A stretch of 60,523 bases of DNA from Candidatus Methanospirareceae archaeon. Its GTDB lineage: Archaea; Halobacteriota; Syntropharchaeia; Alkanophagales; Methanospirareceae. Made by a program: the position numbers and the translations under genes. The notes beneath the pieces were generated by a model. That model ran no database searches. It saw only the letters and a program-made list of their open reading frames with translations, and was not told the DNA's origin. Below, in pieces: positions 27,856 to 37,683 of this stretch. Location: positions 1 through 60,523 of the forward strand of contig JBNGDK010000006.1 in the NCBI GenBank assembly GCA_049975405.1. Reading direction: 5' to 3'. The first letter of the stretch is position 1, and every line of letters begins with the position of its first letter.

Positions 27856-28788
27856 ATGGACACTACTTTTTACCTTCTCCGAGTTGCTGCTCTTGTTACG
27901 GTGGGCGTGGTTGCAGCGAATCTGGTGCTGGAGAGCGACGCGCTGCGGAGGTTATCGCCGCTCGTGCGACCACTCTGCCGTGCCTCGAACCTGCCCAGAG
28001 AGGGCGCGATCTCGCTCTTCGCGACGTTTCTCGATCCGATGGCAGGAAAGTCGCTCTTGGCTGGCTTCCATCACGAAGGAAAGGTCGAGGAGCGGCAAAC
28101 GATCGTGACGCTTGTGATGAGCACGTTTCCGACCGTGGTTGGCGAGTCTCTCTTCAGAGCGCACGCGCCGGTTGCGCTCGTGCTTTTGGGACCGGTGGTT
28201 GGAGGCATCTATGTCGCGCTCAATTTCCTTGCCGCATTTCTTCAATCATTCGGCGCACTCATCTATGCGCGATTCCGATTTCCGCGTCAGACGTGTATAG
28301 AGAATGAGCAGCTCGTCGCGGACTCCGCTGAGCGGACACGGCAGGAGCGATTGGAAACCGCGCTGAAGAAATCGGCGCGGACCTTGCAGAAGGTCGTGCC
28401 CTTTATGGTCGTTGCGTTTTTGATCATCGATCTGCTCTTTGAATTCGGGTTCATGGAGCGAATCGGTGTCATTTTCACCCCTGCTTTACAGGTGTTAGAC
28501 TTGCCGGGCGAGGTGATCACCGCGATCGTGGCGGAATTAGCGCATTTTTCCGCAGGTTACGCGATCGTGGCCTCGTTGCTCACCAAGGGCATCGTTACGG
28601 CAGAACAAGCTATTCTAACGTTACTCGTTGGCAGCTTGATGACCATCTCGGTCACCTATCTGAAATACAGCCTCCCACTGTATACCTCATTGTTTGGGAA
28701 GCTGGGCGTGAAGTTCACGGTCATTCTGTATCTGATAAGCATGGTGACGAGGATCTTCGTGATCCTGCTGGTGTTGGTGGTGATGTAG
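27856..28788 (+). CDS. Polytopic membrane protein, possibly nucleoside-recognition (Gate) domain family
   Basis: Multiple hydrophobic helices in two halves. The family assignment is tentative. Confidence 0.45.
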   Translation: MDTTFYLLRVAALVTVGVVAANLVLESDALRRLSPLVRPLCRASNLPREGAISLFATFLDPMAGKSLLAGFHHEGKVEERQTIVTLVMSTFPTVVGESLFRAHAPVALVLLGPVVGGIYVALNFLAAFLQSFGALIYARFRFPRQTCIENEQLVADSAERTRQERLETALKKSARTLQKVVPFMVVAFLIIDLLFEFGFMERIGVIFTPALQVLDLPGEVITAIVAELAHFSAGYAIVASLLTKGIVTAEQAILTLLVGSLMTISVTYLKYSLPLYTSLFGKLGVKFTVILYLISMVTRIFVILLVLVVM

Positions 28789-28919
28789 GTTGGCTCTGAA
28801 TCTTACCATTCGTGATTACCATTCGTGACCAAGAGTTATTTACGAAGCGGATCACGTGAGGGCACGTACTGATGATCACCGGGCCGATTTAAATACCGAA
28901 CGGCTCCAAGAAGATCACT

Positions 28920-30020
28920 TCATCCTTTCGAATACTGCTCCACATCCTGATACTCGAATACCTCCGCGTCGAGCACGTTCCTGATGAAGTTAAACAATTT
29001 CCTGCGTGTTTCCTGTGAGATATTCGGATACCACACTGGTGACGCGATCACGAGCCCGCGGAACGCGAAGAACGGCTGGATTACCCGTAACAATTCGTAA
29101 TCGCCCGTCTTCTCGAGATATGTGGCGAAGAACAGATCGAACAAGCCCTTAAAATCCTTGTCCAGTATCCTACCATCCGTCTTGAGCAACCCGAAGAACA
29201 GATAATTGATGGCCATCGCTGAGACATCATCCGCCGCTTCGCCCCACTCGCCCCTGCTACGGTCGAGCACCGTGAAATCAGTACCTTCACGGAATATAAG
29301 GTTCCACGGATGGAAATCGCCATGCACCTGACATAACCGGTTCGTTCGCTCTTTCAGCTTCCAGCGCCAGTCAATGCACTGCTTCTCTATCTCGCTCAGC
29401 TCCTTCCCTGTAATGAATTGGTATTCTGGCGGATAGCTGTCCGTCAGCCCGAAGATGCACTCACTATTGCCCACCAACTCCCGGATCCTGCGCACATACA
29501 GGTGCGACGCGTCGCTCTTAACAGCGTGAATCTCCGCCAGATAGGAGGCAAGCGCAGCCACTCGCTCTCTGTCCAGCTCACGCAGCACCGCACCCATTTT
29601 TAACCGGTTCAGATCGTTGGCATATTCAACACCCTCTACCTTCTCACAGACAATGAAGAACTCATCCGCATCGCTGGTCGAGGCTATGCGGCCGTCGGTT
29701 GCGATATAGCCCACATCGAGCGATCGGACATGCTTTTGCAAGGTATTGAACGCGTGATGCTGCCAGAGCAGGATCCCTGCACGGTCTGCGAAATGGTCAT
29801 GGCCGAATGTATCGCCTTTCATCGTGGAGAGCACCACTTCACGCCGATCTCCGGAGCCTGTCTCGAATGCGACAAAGTACGGCCTGCCGTAGCCGAAGGC
29901 CTTAATCTCACGGTCTGCTTCCTGCTTGGTCTTCGCCTCCAGGCCCAGACTCGTGACACTGAGGAGCTTTACTGATGGGCCATACGTTAGCGCCAGATAT
30001 GCTTTGAGCTCATCATTCAT
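28920..30020 (-). CDS. Phosphotransferase (APH/choline-kinase-like) family protein
   Basis: Catalytic-loop-like QVHGDFHPWNLIF and downstream D..R motif. Confidence 0.65.
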   Translation of the reverse strand: MNDELKAYLALTYGPSVKLLSVTSLGLEAKTKQEADREIKAFGYGRPYFVAFETGSGDRREVVLSTMKGDTFGHDHFADRAGILLWQHHAFNTLQKHVRSLDVGYIATDGRIASTSDADEFFIVCEKVEGVEYANDLNRLKMGAVLRELDRERVAALASYLAEIHAVKSDASHLYVRRIRELVGNSECIFGLTDSYPPEYQFITGKELSEIEKQCIDWRWKLKERTNRLCQVHGDFHPWNLIFREGTDFTVLDRSRGEWGEAADDVSAMAINYLFFGLLKTDGRILDKDFKGLFDLFFATYLEKTGDYELLRVIQPFFAFRGLVIASPVWYPNISQETRRKLFNFIRNVLDAEVFEYQDVEQYSKG

Positions 30021-30068
30021 CGGACTCAGAGGTAACCTTTATAATCTTTCCCCTTAAATCTATTCCCC

Positions 30069-31106
30069 ATGATAGGGGTAGTCTCCTACGGCGTCTACGT
30101 GCCCTATTACCGGATACGGGTGGACGATATAGCGAGCCAGTGGGGCGAGAATCCCGATAATATTAAGGCGGGACTGCTCGTGGAGGAGAAGTCCGTGCCC
30201 GACCTCGACGAGGACACCGCAACCATTGCGGTTGAGGCTGCTCGAGCTGCTATCCGGCGCGCGCGCCTTGATCCCACCAGGATCGGGGCGATCTACGTGG
30301 GCTCGGAGAGTCATCCGTATGCCGTCAAGCCTACGGCCACTATCGTTGCTGCCGCCATCGGCGCGTCACCCGCGATCACCGCGGCCGACTTCGAATTCGC
30401 GTGTAAAGCGGGAACGGCAGCTATACAGACGTCTATGGGGCTCGTTTCGCTCGATAAAAACAGCTACGGGCTCGCCATCGGGGCAGACGTCTCGCAATCG
30501 AGCCCCGGCGATGCGCTCGAGTACTCCGCCGGTGCTGGTGGTGCGGCCTTTATCATCGGACAGGATGATGTGGTCGCCGAGATTGAAGCGTATGCATCCT
30601 TCACTTCTGACACGCCAGACTTCTGGCGACGCGAGCTCCAGAAGTACCCTGCACATAGTGGCCGGTTCACCGGGGAGCCTGCGTACTTTCGGCATACGAT
30701 CTCCGCATCGCAGTTGCTCATGGATAAATCGGGCTTAAACCCGGCTGATTTCGACTTCGCCGTCTTCCATCAGCCGAACGGGAAATTCCCGCTCAAGGCC
30801 GCGAAATCACTCGGGTTCACCACCGCGCAGCTAAAGCCCGGTTTGATGGTCACTCATTTTGGGAATACGTATTCCGCGTCCTCGCTGATCGGACTCGCCG
30901 CGACCCTCGACCAGGCGACGCCGGGGCAGCGCATCTTATTAACCTCCTTCGGCTCCGGTGCCGGCTCTGATTCTTTCGCCTTTCATGTCACTGATCGGAT
31001 CGAAGCGCTGCGCGAACAGGCGCCGAAGGTCGAATCATTCATCCTCTTCAAGAAATATCTCAATTACGCCACGTATGCGAAACATCAAGGTAAGATTCGG
31101 ATGTGA
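30069..31106 (+). CDS. Hydroxymethylglutaryl-CoA synthase (archaeal type)
   Basis: [14 protein letters not shown]......[12 protein letters not shown]....[11 protein letters not shown]...HQPNGKFP. Confidence 0.9.
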   Translation: MIGVVSYGVYVPYYRIRVDDIASQWGENPDNIKAGLLVEEKSVPDLDEDTATIAVEAARAAIRRARLDPTRIGAIYVGSESHPYAVKPTATIVAAAIGASPAITAADFEFACKAGTAAIQTSMGLVSLDKNSYGLAIGADVSQSSPGDALEYSAGAGGAAFIIGQDDVVAEIEAYASFTSDTPDFWRRELQKYPAHSGRFTGEPAYFRHTISASQLLMDKSGLNPADFDFAVFHQPNGKFPLKAAKSLGFTTAQLKPGLMVTHFGNTYSASSLIGLAATLDQATPGQRILLTSFGSGAGSDSFAFHVTDRIEALREQAPKVESFILFKKYLNYATYAKHQGKIRM

Positions 31107-31127
31107 GTGAATGAGGAAAGTGGAAGC

Positions 31128-32291
31128 ATGCGAGAAGTAGCAATAATCGGTGCAGGAACGACGCAATTTGGTGAGCTCTGGGAGCGCTCCTTCCGCGACC
31201 TTGCGGTTGAGGCGGGGCTCCGGGCGATCGAGGATGCGGGCATCAGCGGTGATGAGATCCAGGCACTCTACGGTGGGAACATGTCTGCAGGTCGGTTTAT
31301 CGAGCAGGAGCACATAGGTGCGCTGATTGCTGATTATGCCGGCCTCGCACGATTACATATCCCATCCACCCGTGCAGAAGCTGCGTGCGCGTCCGGTGCG
31401 CTGGCGATGCATCTGGCAGTGCTTTCCATAGCCTCCGGCTGGTACGACCTCGTGATCGCTGCTGGTATCGAGAAGATGACCGACGTAGAATCAGATAGCG
31501 CGGAGGAGCTGCTCGCGTCCTCAGTGGATCGTAAATGGGAAGTGATCTACGGTGCGACCCTCCCCTCGCTCTTCGCGCAGATGGCGCGGCTGCATATGAT
31601 ACGCTACAATACCACCGCGGAACAGATGGCTCAGGTAGCGGTCAAGAATCACGCGAACGCCGTCCACAACCCATTTGCACAATATCAGCGAGAAATTAGC
31701 CTCGAAAGCGTGCTTGCGTCGCCACTCGTCGCCGATCCACTTCGCATGCTCGATTGCTCCAGTATTGCGGACGGCGCATCCGCGATCGTGATCTGTGCCG
31801 CTGAAAAGGCACGTCAGTATACCGATTCCCCTATCTATGTCAAGGCATCAGCCCAGGCGAGTGATACCATCTCGCTCCACGACCGGCGCGATCTCGTCAC
31901 GATGGATGCCACGGTCGCGGCGGCAAAGAAGGCGTTCCGGCAGGCGTCGCTGCAGCCCTCACAGGTTGACCTCGCCGAGGTCCATGACGCTTACACCATC
32001 GCCGAGTTGATCGCGATTGAGGATTTGGGCTTCGTGAAAAAGGGCGAAGGTGGCACAGCGACCGCAGCAGGAGAGACCGCACGAGGGGGACGGATACCCA
32101 TAAATCCGTCCGGCGGGCTGAAGGCCTGCGGTCACCCACTGGGCGCAACGGGAATACGGCAGATCGTGGAAATAACACAGCAGCTGCGGGGCGAGGCGGG
32201 AAAACGGCAGGTGCAGGGTGCTGAGGTCGCTCTCACGCACAATATCGGCGGAACCGGAGGGACGGCAATCGTCCACATCTTCACCCGCTGA
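31128..32291 (+). CDS. Acetyl-CoA C-acetyltransferase (thiolase)
   Basis: VAIIGAGTTQFGE...CASGA....NPSGGLKACGHPLGATG....NIGGTG. Start at ATG 31128. Confidence 0.9.
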   Translation: MREVAIIGAGTTQFGELWERSFRDLAVEAGLRAIEDAGISGDEIQALYGGNMSAGRFIEQEHIGALIADYAGLARLHIPSTRAEAACASGALAMHLAVLSIASGWYDLVIAAGIEKMTDVESDSAEELLASSVDRKWEVIYGATLPSLFAQMARLHMIRYNTTAEQMAQVAVKNHANAVHNPFAQYQREISLESVLASPLVADPLRMLDCSSIADGASAIVICAAEKARQYTDSPIYVKASAQASDTISLHDRRDLVTMDATVAAAKKAFRQASLQPSQVDLAEVHDAYTIAELIAIEDLGFVKKGEGGTATAAGETARGGRIPINPSGGLKACGHPLGATGIRQIVEITQQLRGEAGKRQVQGAEVALTHNIGGTGGTAIVHIFTR

Positions 32292-32330
32292 GCTCCACGG
32301 GAAACACCGCTTTGACGGGTATAGCAAGCT

Positions 32331-32337
32331 ATATAAA
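32331..32337 (+). promoter_or_regulatory. TATA-like element (ATATAAA) upstream of cdc6
   Basis: Lies 64 nt upstream of ATG 32401. A GGAGG-like element at about 32380 lies between them. Confidence 0.3.
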
Positions 32338-32400
32338 GAGTGGCCTATAATTGATTGCTTATCCCAGTTACCCGTGAGCGGAGGCGAGCTAAGGTATACC

Positions 32401-33618
32401 ATGGAGAATCTGTTCGAAGACCTGATAAGTAACGGAAGGATATTTGCCAACAAGGAAGTGCTTCGCCCCACGTACATCCCCGAACGGCTTCCGCATCGCT
32501 GGGAGCAGATCAAGGGGCTTGCCGATATCCTTTCCGCTGCATTAAAGGGTGAAACCCCCTCGAATATTCTCATCTTCGGTAAAACCGGAACTGGCAAGAC
32601 CTCCACGGTCAAATATGTAAGTAAGGAATTGGAGGCGATGGCGCAGAAGACCGGTGCCAACTGCTCGATCCTTTATATCAACAGCGAGGTCTTCGATACA
32701 CAGTACCGGGTCTTCGCCTACCTTGCGCGGGTCTTCAATAAACGGGTTCCGATGATCGGGTGGCCGACGGATATGGTCTACTCGGAGTTCAAGACAAGTC
32801 TCGATGCTGAAGAGCGACGCGTCATTATCACGCTCGATGAGGTCGACAAATTGGCGAGTAAGGGCGATGAAGCACTCTACAACCTCTCCAGGATCAACAG
32901 TGAACTCGAGAACGCTCGGGTAAGCCTCATCGGGATCTCGAACGATTTAACCTTCACTGATCTCCTGGATCCACGCGTGAAATCATCATTAGGCGAGGAA
33001 GAGATCATATTCCCGCCATATAATGCCGCGCAGTTGAAGGATATCCTCTACGCGCGAGCGGGTAGGGCCTTTTATCCTGATGTGCTCGACCATGCCGTGA
33101 TTCCGCTCTGTGCCGCGCTTGCCGCATCCGAGCACGGTGATGCGCGACGTGCGCTCGATCTCCTCCGGCTTTCGGGAGAGATTGCTGAACGTTCTGGCGC
33201 ACGGGCGGTGACCGAGGAACAGGTGCGGCAAGCGAGTGAGAAACTGGAAATGAACCGCGTGACGGAAGTGGTCAAGACCCTGCCGCTCCAATCGAAGATC
33301 GTACTCAGCAGTGTGTACCTATTGTGCAGAGAGCGGAACAAACGGCGGTTCTCCAGCGGCGAAGTCTACACCATGTATCGGCGCGTGTGTAACCAGATAG
33401 ATATGGACCCGCTGACGCAGCGTCGGGTCACCGATTTCGTCTCCGAACTCGACATCCTCGGGCTAATCAACGCGGTGATCGTGAGCAAGGGCAGGTACGG
33501 CAGAACCAAGGAGATCTCGCTCAGTGTGCCCGAGGAGTGCGTGCAGCCAGTGCTTCAAGAAGACTATAAACTTAAAGCCATATCTTCTATAAGAGTAGGG
33601 AAGCAGACAACATTTTAG
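32401..33618 (+). CDS. cdc6: Orc1/Cdc6 replication initiation protein
   Basis: L.P.YIPERLPHR.EQI..L.....ILIFGKTGTGKT (Walker A), LDEVD (Walker B) and a C-terminal winged helix. Start at ATG 32401. Confidence 0.9.
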   Translation: MENLFEDLISNGRIFANKEVLRPTYIPERLPHRWEQIKGLADILSAALKGETPSNILIFGKTGTGKTSTVKYVSKELEAMAQKTGANCSILYINSEVFDTQYRVFAYLARVFNKRVPMIGWPTDMVYSEFKTSLDAEERRVIITLDEVDKLASKGDEALYNLSRINSELENARVSLIGISNDLTFTDLLDPRVKSSLGEEEIIFPPYNAAQLKDILYARAGRAFYPDVLDHAVIPLCAALAASEHGDARRALDLLRLSGEIAERSGARAVTEEQVRQASEKLEMNRVTEVVKTLPLQSKIVLSSVYLLCRERNKRRFSSGEVYTMYRRVCNQIDMDPLTQRRVTDFVSELDILGLINAVIVSKGRYGRTKEISLSVPEECVQPVLQEDYKLKAISSIRVGKQTTF

Positions 33619-33629
33619 GGGGATGAAAG

Positions 33630-34025
33630 ATGGGCGATAAAGAAGGAAAGGGAAAGTCGGTGTCCGGACATCTCAAGTTCGAGGTACCAGAGGAGTTACA
33701 GACCAAAGCACTGGAAGCGGTGGAACTGGCGAGGGCTACAGGATCGGTGAAGAAAGGCACCAACGAATCAACGAAGACGATCGAACGCGGTCTGGCGAAG
33801 TTAGTGCTGATCAGCGAGGACATAACGCCAGCCGAGATTGTCATGCATCTGCCTCCACTCTGTGAAGAGAAAGGCGTTCCGTACCTGTACGTGAAGAATC
33901 AGAAAGATCTCGGCTCTGCTTGCGGTATCAATAAAGGCTGCGCCTCTGTTGCCATCGTGGACCCCGGAAAAGCGGATGAGGCGATCAGCAAGATTGCAGA
34001 GGAATTGAAGACCCTGAAAGGGTAA
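33630..34025 (+). CDS. rpl7ae: 50S ribosomal protein L7Ae (K-turn binding)
   Basis: [43 protein letters not shown]. Confidence 0.95.
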   Translation: MGDKEGKGKSVSGHLKFEVPEELQTKALEAVELARATGSVKKGTNESTKTIERGLAKLVLISEDITPAEIVMHLPPLCEEKGVPYLYVKNQKDLGSACGINKGCASVAIVDPGKADEAISKIAEELKTLKG

Positions 34026-34054
34026 TTGAAAGCGTAACCAACCAGACAGAAGAA

Positions 34055-34267
34055 ATGAGTGAAGAGAGAGGGATACCCGCGGAGATCATAGAAATCGTTG
34101 GGCGGACCGGAATGCACGGCGAATCGATCCAGGTGAAATGCAAGATACTGGAGGGCGATAACAGAGGGCGAATCCTCACGCGGAATTGCATCGGACCCAT
34201 ACGAGTCGGTGATATCTTGATGCTGGTGGAGACAGCGCGCGAAGTACGGAAACTTACACGGAGGTAA
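34055..34267 (+). CDS. rps28e: 30S ribosomal protein S28e
   Basis: [23 protein letters not shown]...GRILTRN..GP.R.GDIL.L.ET.REVR. Confidence 0.95.
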   Translation: MSEERGIPAEIIEIVGRTGMHGESIQVKCKILEGDNRGRILTRNCIGPIRVGDILMLVETAREVRKLTRR

Positions 34268-34274
34268 CGGGTAG

Positions 34275-34448
34275 ATGGAACTGCGATGCTCGTTCTGTAA
34301 TATACGTCTCGAGCCGGGAACCGGGAAGATGTTCGTGCGGCGTGACGGCACCGTGTTGTATTTCTGCAGCTCCAAATGCGAGCGAAATATGCTCAAGCTG
34401 CGCCGTAAGAGCAGGAAGTTGAAGTGGGCGGCGAGTGCCAAGGATTAA
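34275..34448 (+). CDS. rpl24e: 50S ribosomal protein L24e
   Basis: Manual translation (57 aa, not in the ORF track): [57 protein letters not shown]. Canonical L7Ae-S28e-L24e order. Confidence 0.9.
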   Translation: MELRCSFCNIRLEPGTGKMFVRRDGTVLYFCSSKCERNMLKLRRKSRKLKWAASAKD

Positions 34449-34541
34449 TGAGATAGCCCGACCACCGTTTCTTTTTACGCTTCTTCAGTTTTTGAGACGA
34501 TCAATTCGCGGTGACGTGGGGCGCTCATTAGCCTCACCACA

Positions 34542-35498
34542 TCAACGCGGCTGGGCGGCGAGGAGAACCACCCGGCTGATCTCTGATTCATCGATCAGGG
34601 TGTAGGGATATCCAATTACCGCCAATTCGTCCGCAATTGCTTCTGCAAATGCCCGCACACGCGCATGCGGCGGCATGGCGGCCCGGGTTAGCCGCTTCCG
34701 CGAGTACCCGAGATGCATATAGGCCTTCACCTCGATGAAGTCCGGCCTGGCGCGACCCACCAGTGTTGCGTAGCCGGCCGGATTGAGCATGTTCATACCC
34801 GCGATACAGGTGATCCTAATAACGCGTCTCGTTTGCCCGTTCAACTGACACAGTACATCCAGGGAGTCTTGTATCTGGTGCCAGAAGTCCGCGTGCGCCG
34901 TTTCTCGGTAGGTGGTCTCGTCAGGCGCATTTAACGAGAGATACAACTGATAGGGACGAATCGCGCGGATCATGTCAGGCTTTGTGCCATTGGTTACCAC
35001 GAAGGTCGTCATGCCGCGTGCCTTGAACTGCTCGATCAGCTCCTGCAACTGGGGGTAGAGTGTCGGCTCACCGATGAGCGAGATCGCAACATGCCGGGGT
35101 GCCATCGCTTCTTCAAAGAGCCCACTGCTGGTCTTTGCCGAGCCCTTGAAGCCAGATATAAGCCGCTGCTGCTCCTGTAAGCACGCTTCAACGATCTCCT
35201 CTGGTGGGTCCCAGATCACTGCTGCCTCATCGCGATTGACCGTAAAGGCCTCAAGAGGGCGCCAGCAATGAACACACTGCTGGTTACAGTAGATAGAGGG
35301 CGTCATCTGGACGCAGCGATGCGCACGAATCCCGTAAAATTTACCTTTGTAACAGTTACCCTCACCGCGTAGCGATTTCCGTAGCCAGAGACAGGTTTTC
35401 ACCGCGCTGTGCCGGTGCGTACCGACGAAGTGGTAACCCTGCCGCTCCAGGGTGCTCAGTGCCCCCTCAGCGAACTTCGATGTAGCCCTCATCGCCAT
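34542..35498 (-). CDS. taw1: tRNA 4-demethylwyosine synthase (Taw1/TYW1, radical SAM)
   Basis: GYHFVG.HSAVK.C.W......CYK..FYGI..HRC.QMTP...CNQQCVHCWR. Confidence 0.85.
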   Translation of the reverse strand: MAMRATSKFAEGALSTLERQGYHFVGTHRHSAVKTCLWLRKSLRGEGNCYKGKFYGIRAHRCVQMTPSIYCNQQCVHCWRPLEAFTVNRDEAAVIWDPPEEIVEACLQEQQRLISGFKGSAKTSSGLFEEAMAPRHVAISLIGEPTLYPQLQELIEQFKARGMTTFVVTNGTKPDMIRAIRPYQLYLSLNAPDETTYRETAHADFWHQIQDSLDVLCQLNGQTRRVIRITCIAGMNMLNPAGYATLVGRARPDFIEVKAYMHLGYSRKRLTRAAMPPHARVRAFAEAIADELAVIGYPYTLIDESEISRVVLLAAQPR

Positions 35499-35901
35499 TC
35501 ACGAGCACATCCATGCCGTCTGTTATCAGGTCGCCCTCGATCGGATCACGCTCAAGTGAGTCAACGACCGGAATTTCCGCAATAATTGCACCCGCCGCGA
35601 CAATCGTCCCCGCAGAGCGCGTGACCATTGCAGCCGGCGCCGTTCCGTGCTGTTTGAGCTGATAAATGATGTACGAGCCAACGGTTGAGCCCTTGCCACC
35701 CGGAAAGATCAGTACACGATTCGCTATACACGTCCCATGGATATCTACCGATTGATCAACGATAACACCCGTGAGCGGGTCAACACCGCCCAGGAACGAG
35801 ATTTTGTGCTGCGAAATCAGGGCCTTCCCGCTCGCGATTCCGCGCGAGATACTCCTGCCCCTTAGTTTCAGCATCCCTCCTTGCAGCTTTTCGCCCGTCA
35901 T
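35467..35901 (-). CDS. Aconitase X swivel-domain protein (DUF126); candidate small subunit of phosphomevalonate dehydratase
   Basis: G.A.G.AL.S...ISFLGGVDP.TG.I.......G..I.N.VLIFPGGKGSTVGSY..Y.L...G.AP.A is the family pattern. Confidence 0.75.
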   Translation of the reverse strand: MTGEKLQGGMLKLRGRSISRGIASGKALISQHKISFLGGVDPLTGVIVDQSVDIHGTCIANRVLIFPGGKGSTVGSYIIYQLKQHGTAPAAMVTRSAGTIVAAGAIIAEIPVVDSLERDPIEGDLITDGMDVLVNGDEGYIEVR

Positions 35902-36018
35902 ACCTGCGTCACGTCCTCGTTTCGTCTCTCCCGATGAGCGCTTCGGTTCTGTTCTGTATAGCGATTATTTAGGATTTTATAAGGATAAGAGGTGAATAGT
36001 TTCTTGAAGGCGATAACT

Positions 36019-36498
36019 ATGGAGGAGAGCGGGAGAGGTTTAACGGAAAAAGAGCGTGCGCAGCAGGCGGAATTGCAATCGCTGCTCGCACAACTGCGGC
36101 AATACCAAGCGCAGGCCGAGCAAACGACGCAGGAGTTACTCTTCGTTCGGCAAGCGATTGTTGAGCACGAGAAGGCGATCGAGACGATCAAACAGTTAAA
36201 GGTGATGAAAACGGGCAGCGAGCTGCTCGTGCCCATCGGTGCTAATTCGTCTATTTACGTCACGCTCAGCAGTCCAGAGAAGATCATCTTGATGATCGGT
36301 GGCGGCATCAGTGCCGAGCGAGACCCTGATTCTTCAATCGCGTACTTAACCGAGAAGAAGACGGAGCTGGAGGGTTCTCAGCGTGAGATGAACGAGCTCT
36401 TACAACGGCTGGATCAGGAAGCGCAACGGTTACAGAAACGATTGCAGGAGCTCGCAGCGCAATCGGAAGCCGCACCGCGCGGAGCACGCCCAGCATAG
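36019..36498 (+). CDS. pfdA: Prefoldin subunit alpha
   Basis: Coiled-coil / beta-hairpin / coiled-coil layout (E.LVPIGA...V). Start at ATG 36019; the ORF is open from GTG 35992. Confidence 0.8.
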   Translation: MEESGRGLTEKERAQQAELQSLLAQLRQYQAQAEQTTQELLFVRQAIVEHEKAIETIKQLKVMKTGSELLVPIGANSSIYVTLSSPEKIILMIGGGISAERDPDSSIAYLTEKKTELEGSQREMNELLQRLDQEAQRLQKRLQELAAQSEAAPRGARPA

Positions 36499-36559
36499 CG
36501 GTAGCGTATCGCCAGTTACTTCGCCCCCTGGAGGGCACGAACGAGTCCAGCGTGAGAAA

Positions 36560-37618
36560 ATGTTCGATCGACTGAGGAAGAAGCTCACCGAGTTTCGGGA
36601 GACGGTGGTAGAGAAAATAAAAGAGAAGAGTGAGCAAGAAGACCAGGAGTTAGGGCGTGTAGAAAACGCTGAGAAAACGCTCGCGGAAAAGCACGTGCCT
36701 CCCGCAAGCTCGAAGGCCACGATCACAGAGCGTGGCAAAGCATTACTCGAACGTGAAACGATCTTAGACGAGAAAGACCTGGAGAAGCCGCTCGAAGAGC
36801 TGGAGACCGCGCTCCTGGAGAGCGACGTGGCACTCTCCGTAGCGGAGGAGATCGTTACCGGTGTGAAGCAGGAGCTGCTCGGAGAGCGTAAGAAATGGCG
36901 AGAGAACACCGAGGAATTGGTAAAGGACGCCATTAAGAACGCTATGTTGAAGATTTTTACTGCTGATAACCCCTTTGATTTTGACGAGTTTGTGGCAGCA
37001 CATGAGAAGCCTGTCAATATCGTGTTCGTCGGTGTGAATGGCACGGGGAAGACGACGAGCATCGCGAAGATGGCGAAGAAGCTGCTTGATGCGGGCTATT
37101 CGGTCATATTCGCCTCTGCCGATACGTATCGTGCAGGCGCCACGGAGCAGATCGAGACGCACGCGGCAAACCTGGGCATCAAGGTGATCAAGCATCAGTA
37201 TGGTGCGGACCCCGCTGCGGTCGTCTATGACGCGATGAACTATGCGCGCGCGCACGGCAGTGACATTGTGCTCTCGGATACCGCGGGCCGGATGCACACC
37301 TCGGTGGATCTCATGGAGCAGTTAAAAAAGATCTGTCGTGTGACCAAGCCGGATCTCGTGATCTTTGTCGACGAAGCGGTCGCCGGCAACGATGCGGTAG
37401 AACGCGCTAAGAAGTTCGACGAGGCTGTGGGGATCGATGCGGGCATGTTGACGAAGGTGGATGTGGATGCCAAAGGTGGCGCAGCGATCTCTATCGCGCA
37501 TGCGACCTCAAAGCCCATACTCTTCCTGGGCATTGGGCAGGCGTATGACGATTTAAAGAGGTTTGATGCGGATTGGCTCGTGGATCGGCTGCTCGGTGAG
37601 AATCGAAACGCCGGCTGA
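36560..37618 (+). CDS. ftsY: Signal recognition particle receptor FtsY
   Basis: Acidic N-terminal region then an NG domain: VFVGVNGTGKTTSIAK, DTYRAGA, DTAGR, TKVD. Confidence 0.9.
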   Translation: MFDRLRKKLTEFRETVVEKIKEKSEQEDQELGRVENAEKTLAEKHVPPASSKATITERGKALLERETILDEKDLEKPLEELETALLESDVALSVAEEIVTGVKQELLGERKKWRENTEELVKDAIKNAMLKIFTADNPFDFDEFVAAHEKPVNIVFVGVNGTGKTTSIAKMAKKLLDAGYSVIFASADTYRAGATEQIETHAANLGIKVIKHQYGADPAAVVYDAMNYARAHGSDIVLSDTAGRMHTSVDLMEQLKKICRVTKPDLVIFVDEAVAGNDAVERAKKFDEAVGIDAGMLTKVDVDAKGGAAISIAHATSKPILFLGIGQAYDDLKRFDADWLVDRLLGENRNAG

Positions 37619-37683
37619 CTTGAACTAACTAACATAACAGATAGAATACATGATAAGCATGGAGATGAGGTGAGAGACGAGAG

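Noticed and set aside
28866-28925. Possible C/D-box sRNA (TGATGA at about 28870); likewise TGATGA at about 5581
   Set aside because: No matching D box (CTGA) or C'/D' pair at the expected spacing, and no terminal stem.
32292-33629. Replication origin next to cdc6
   Set aside because: Orc1/Cdc6 genes often flank oriC. Here the upstream spacer is only ~110 nt and the downstream one 11 nt. I saw no repeated ORB-like elements or extended AT-rich unwinding region. An origin may lie elsewhere.
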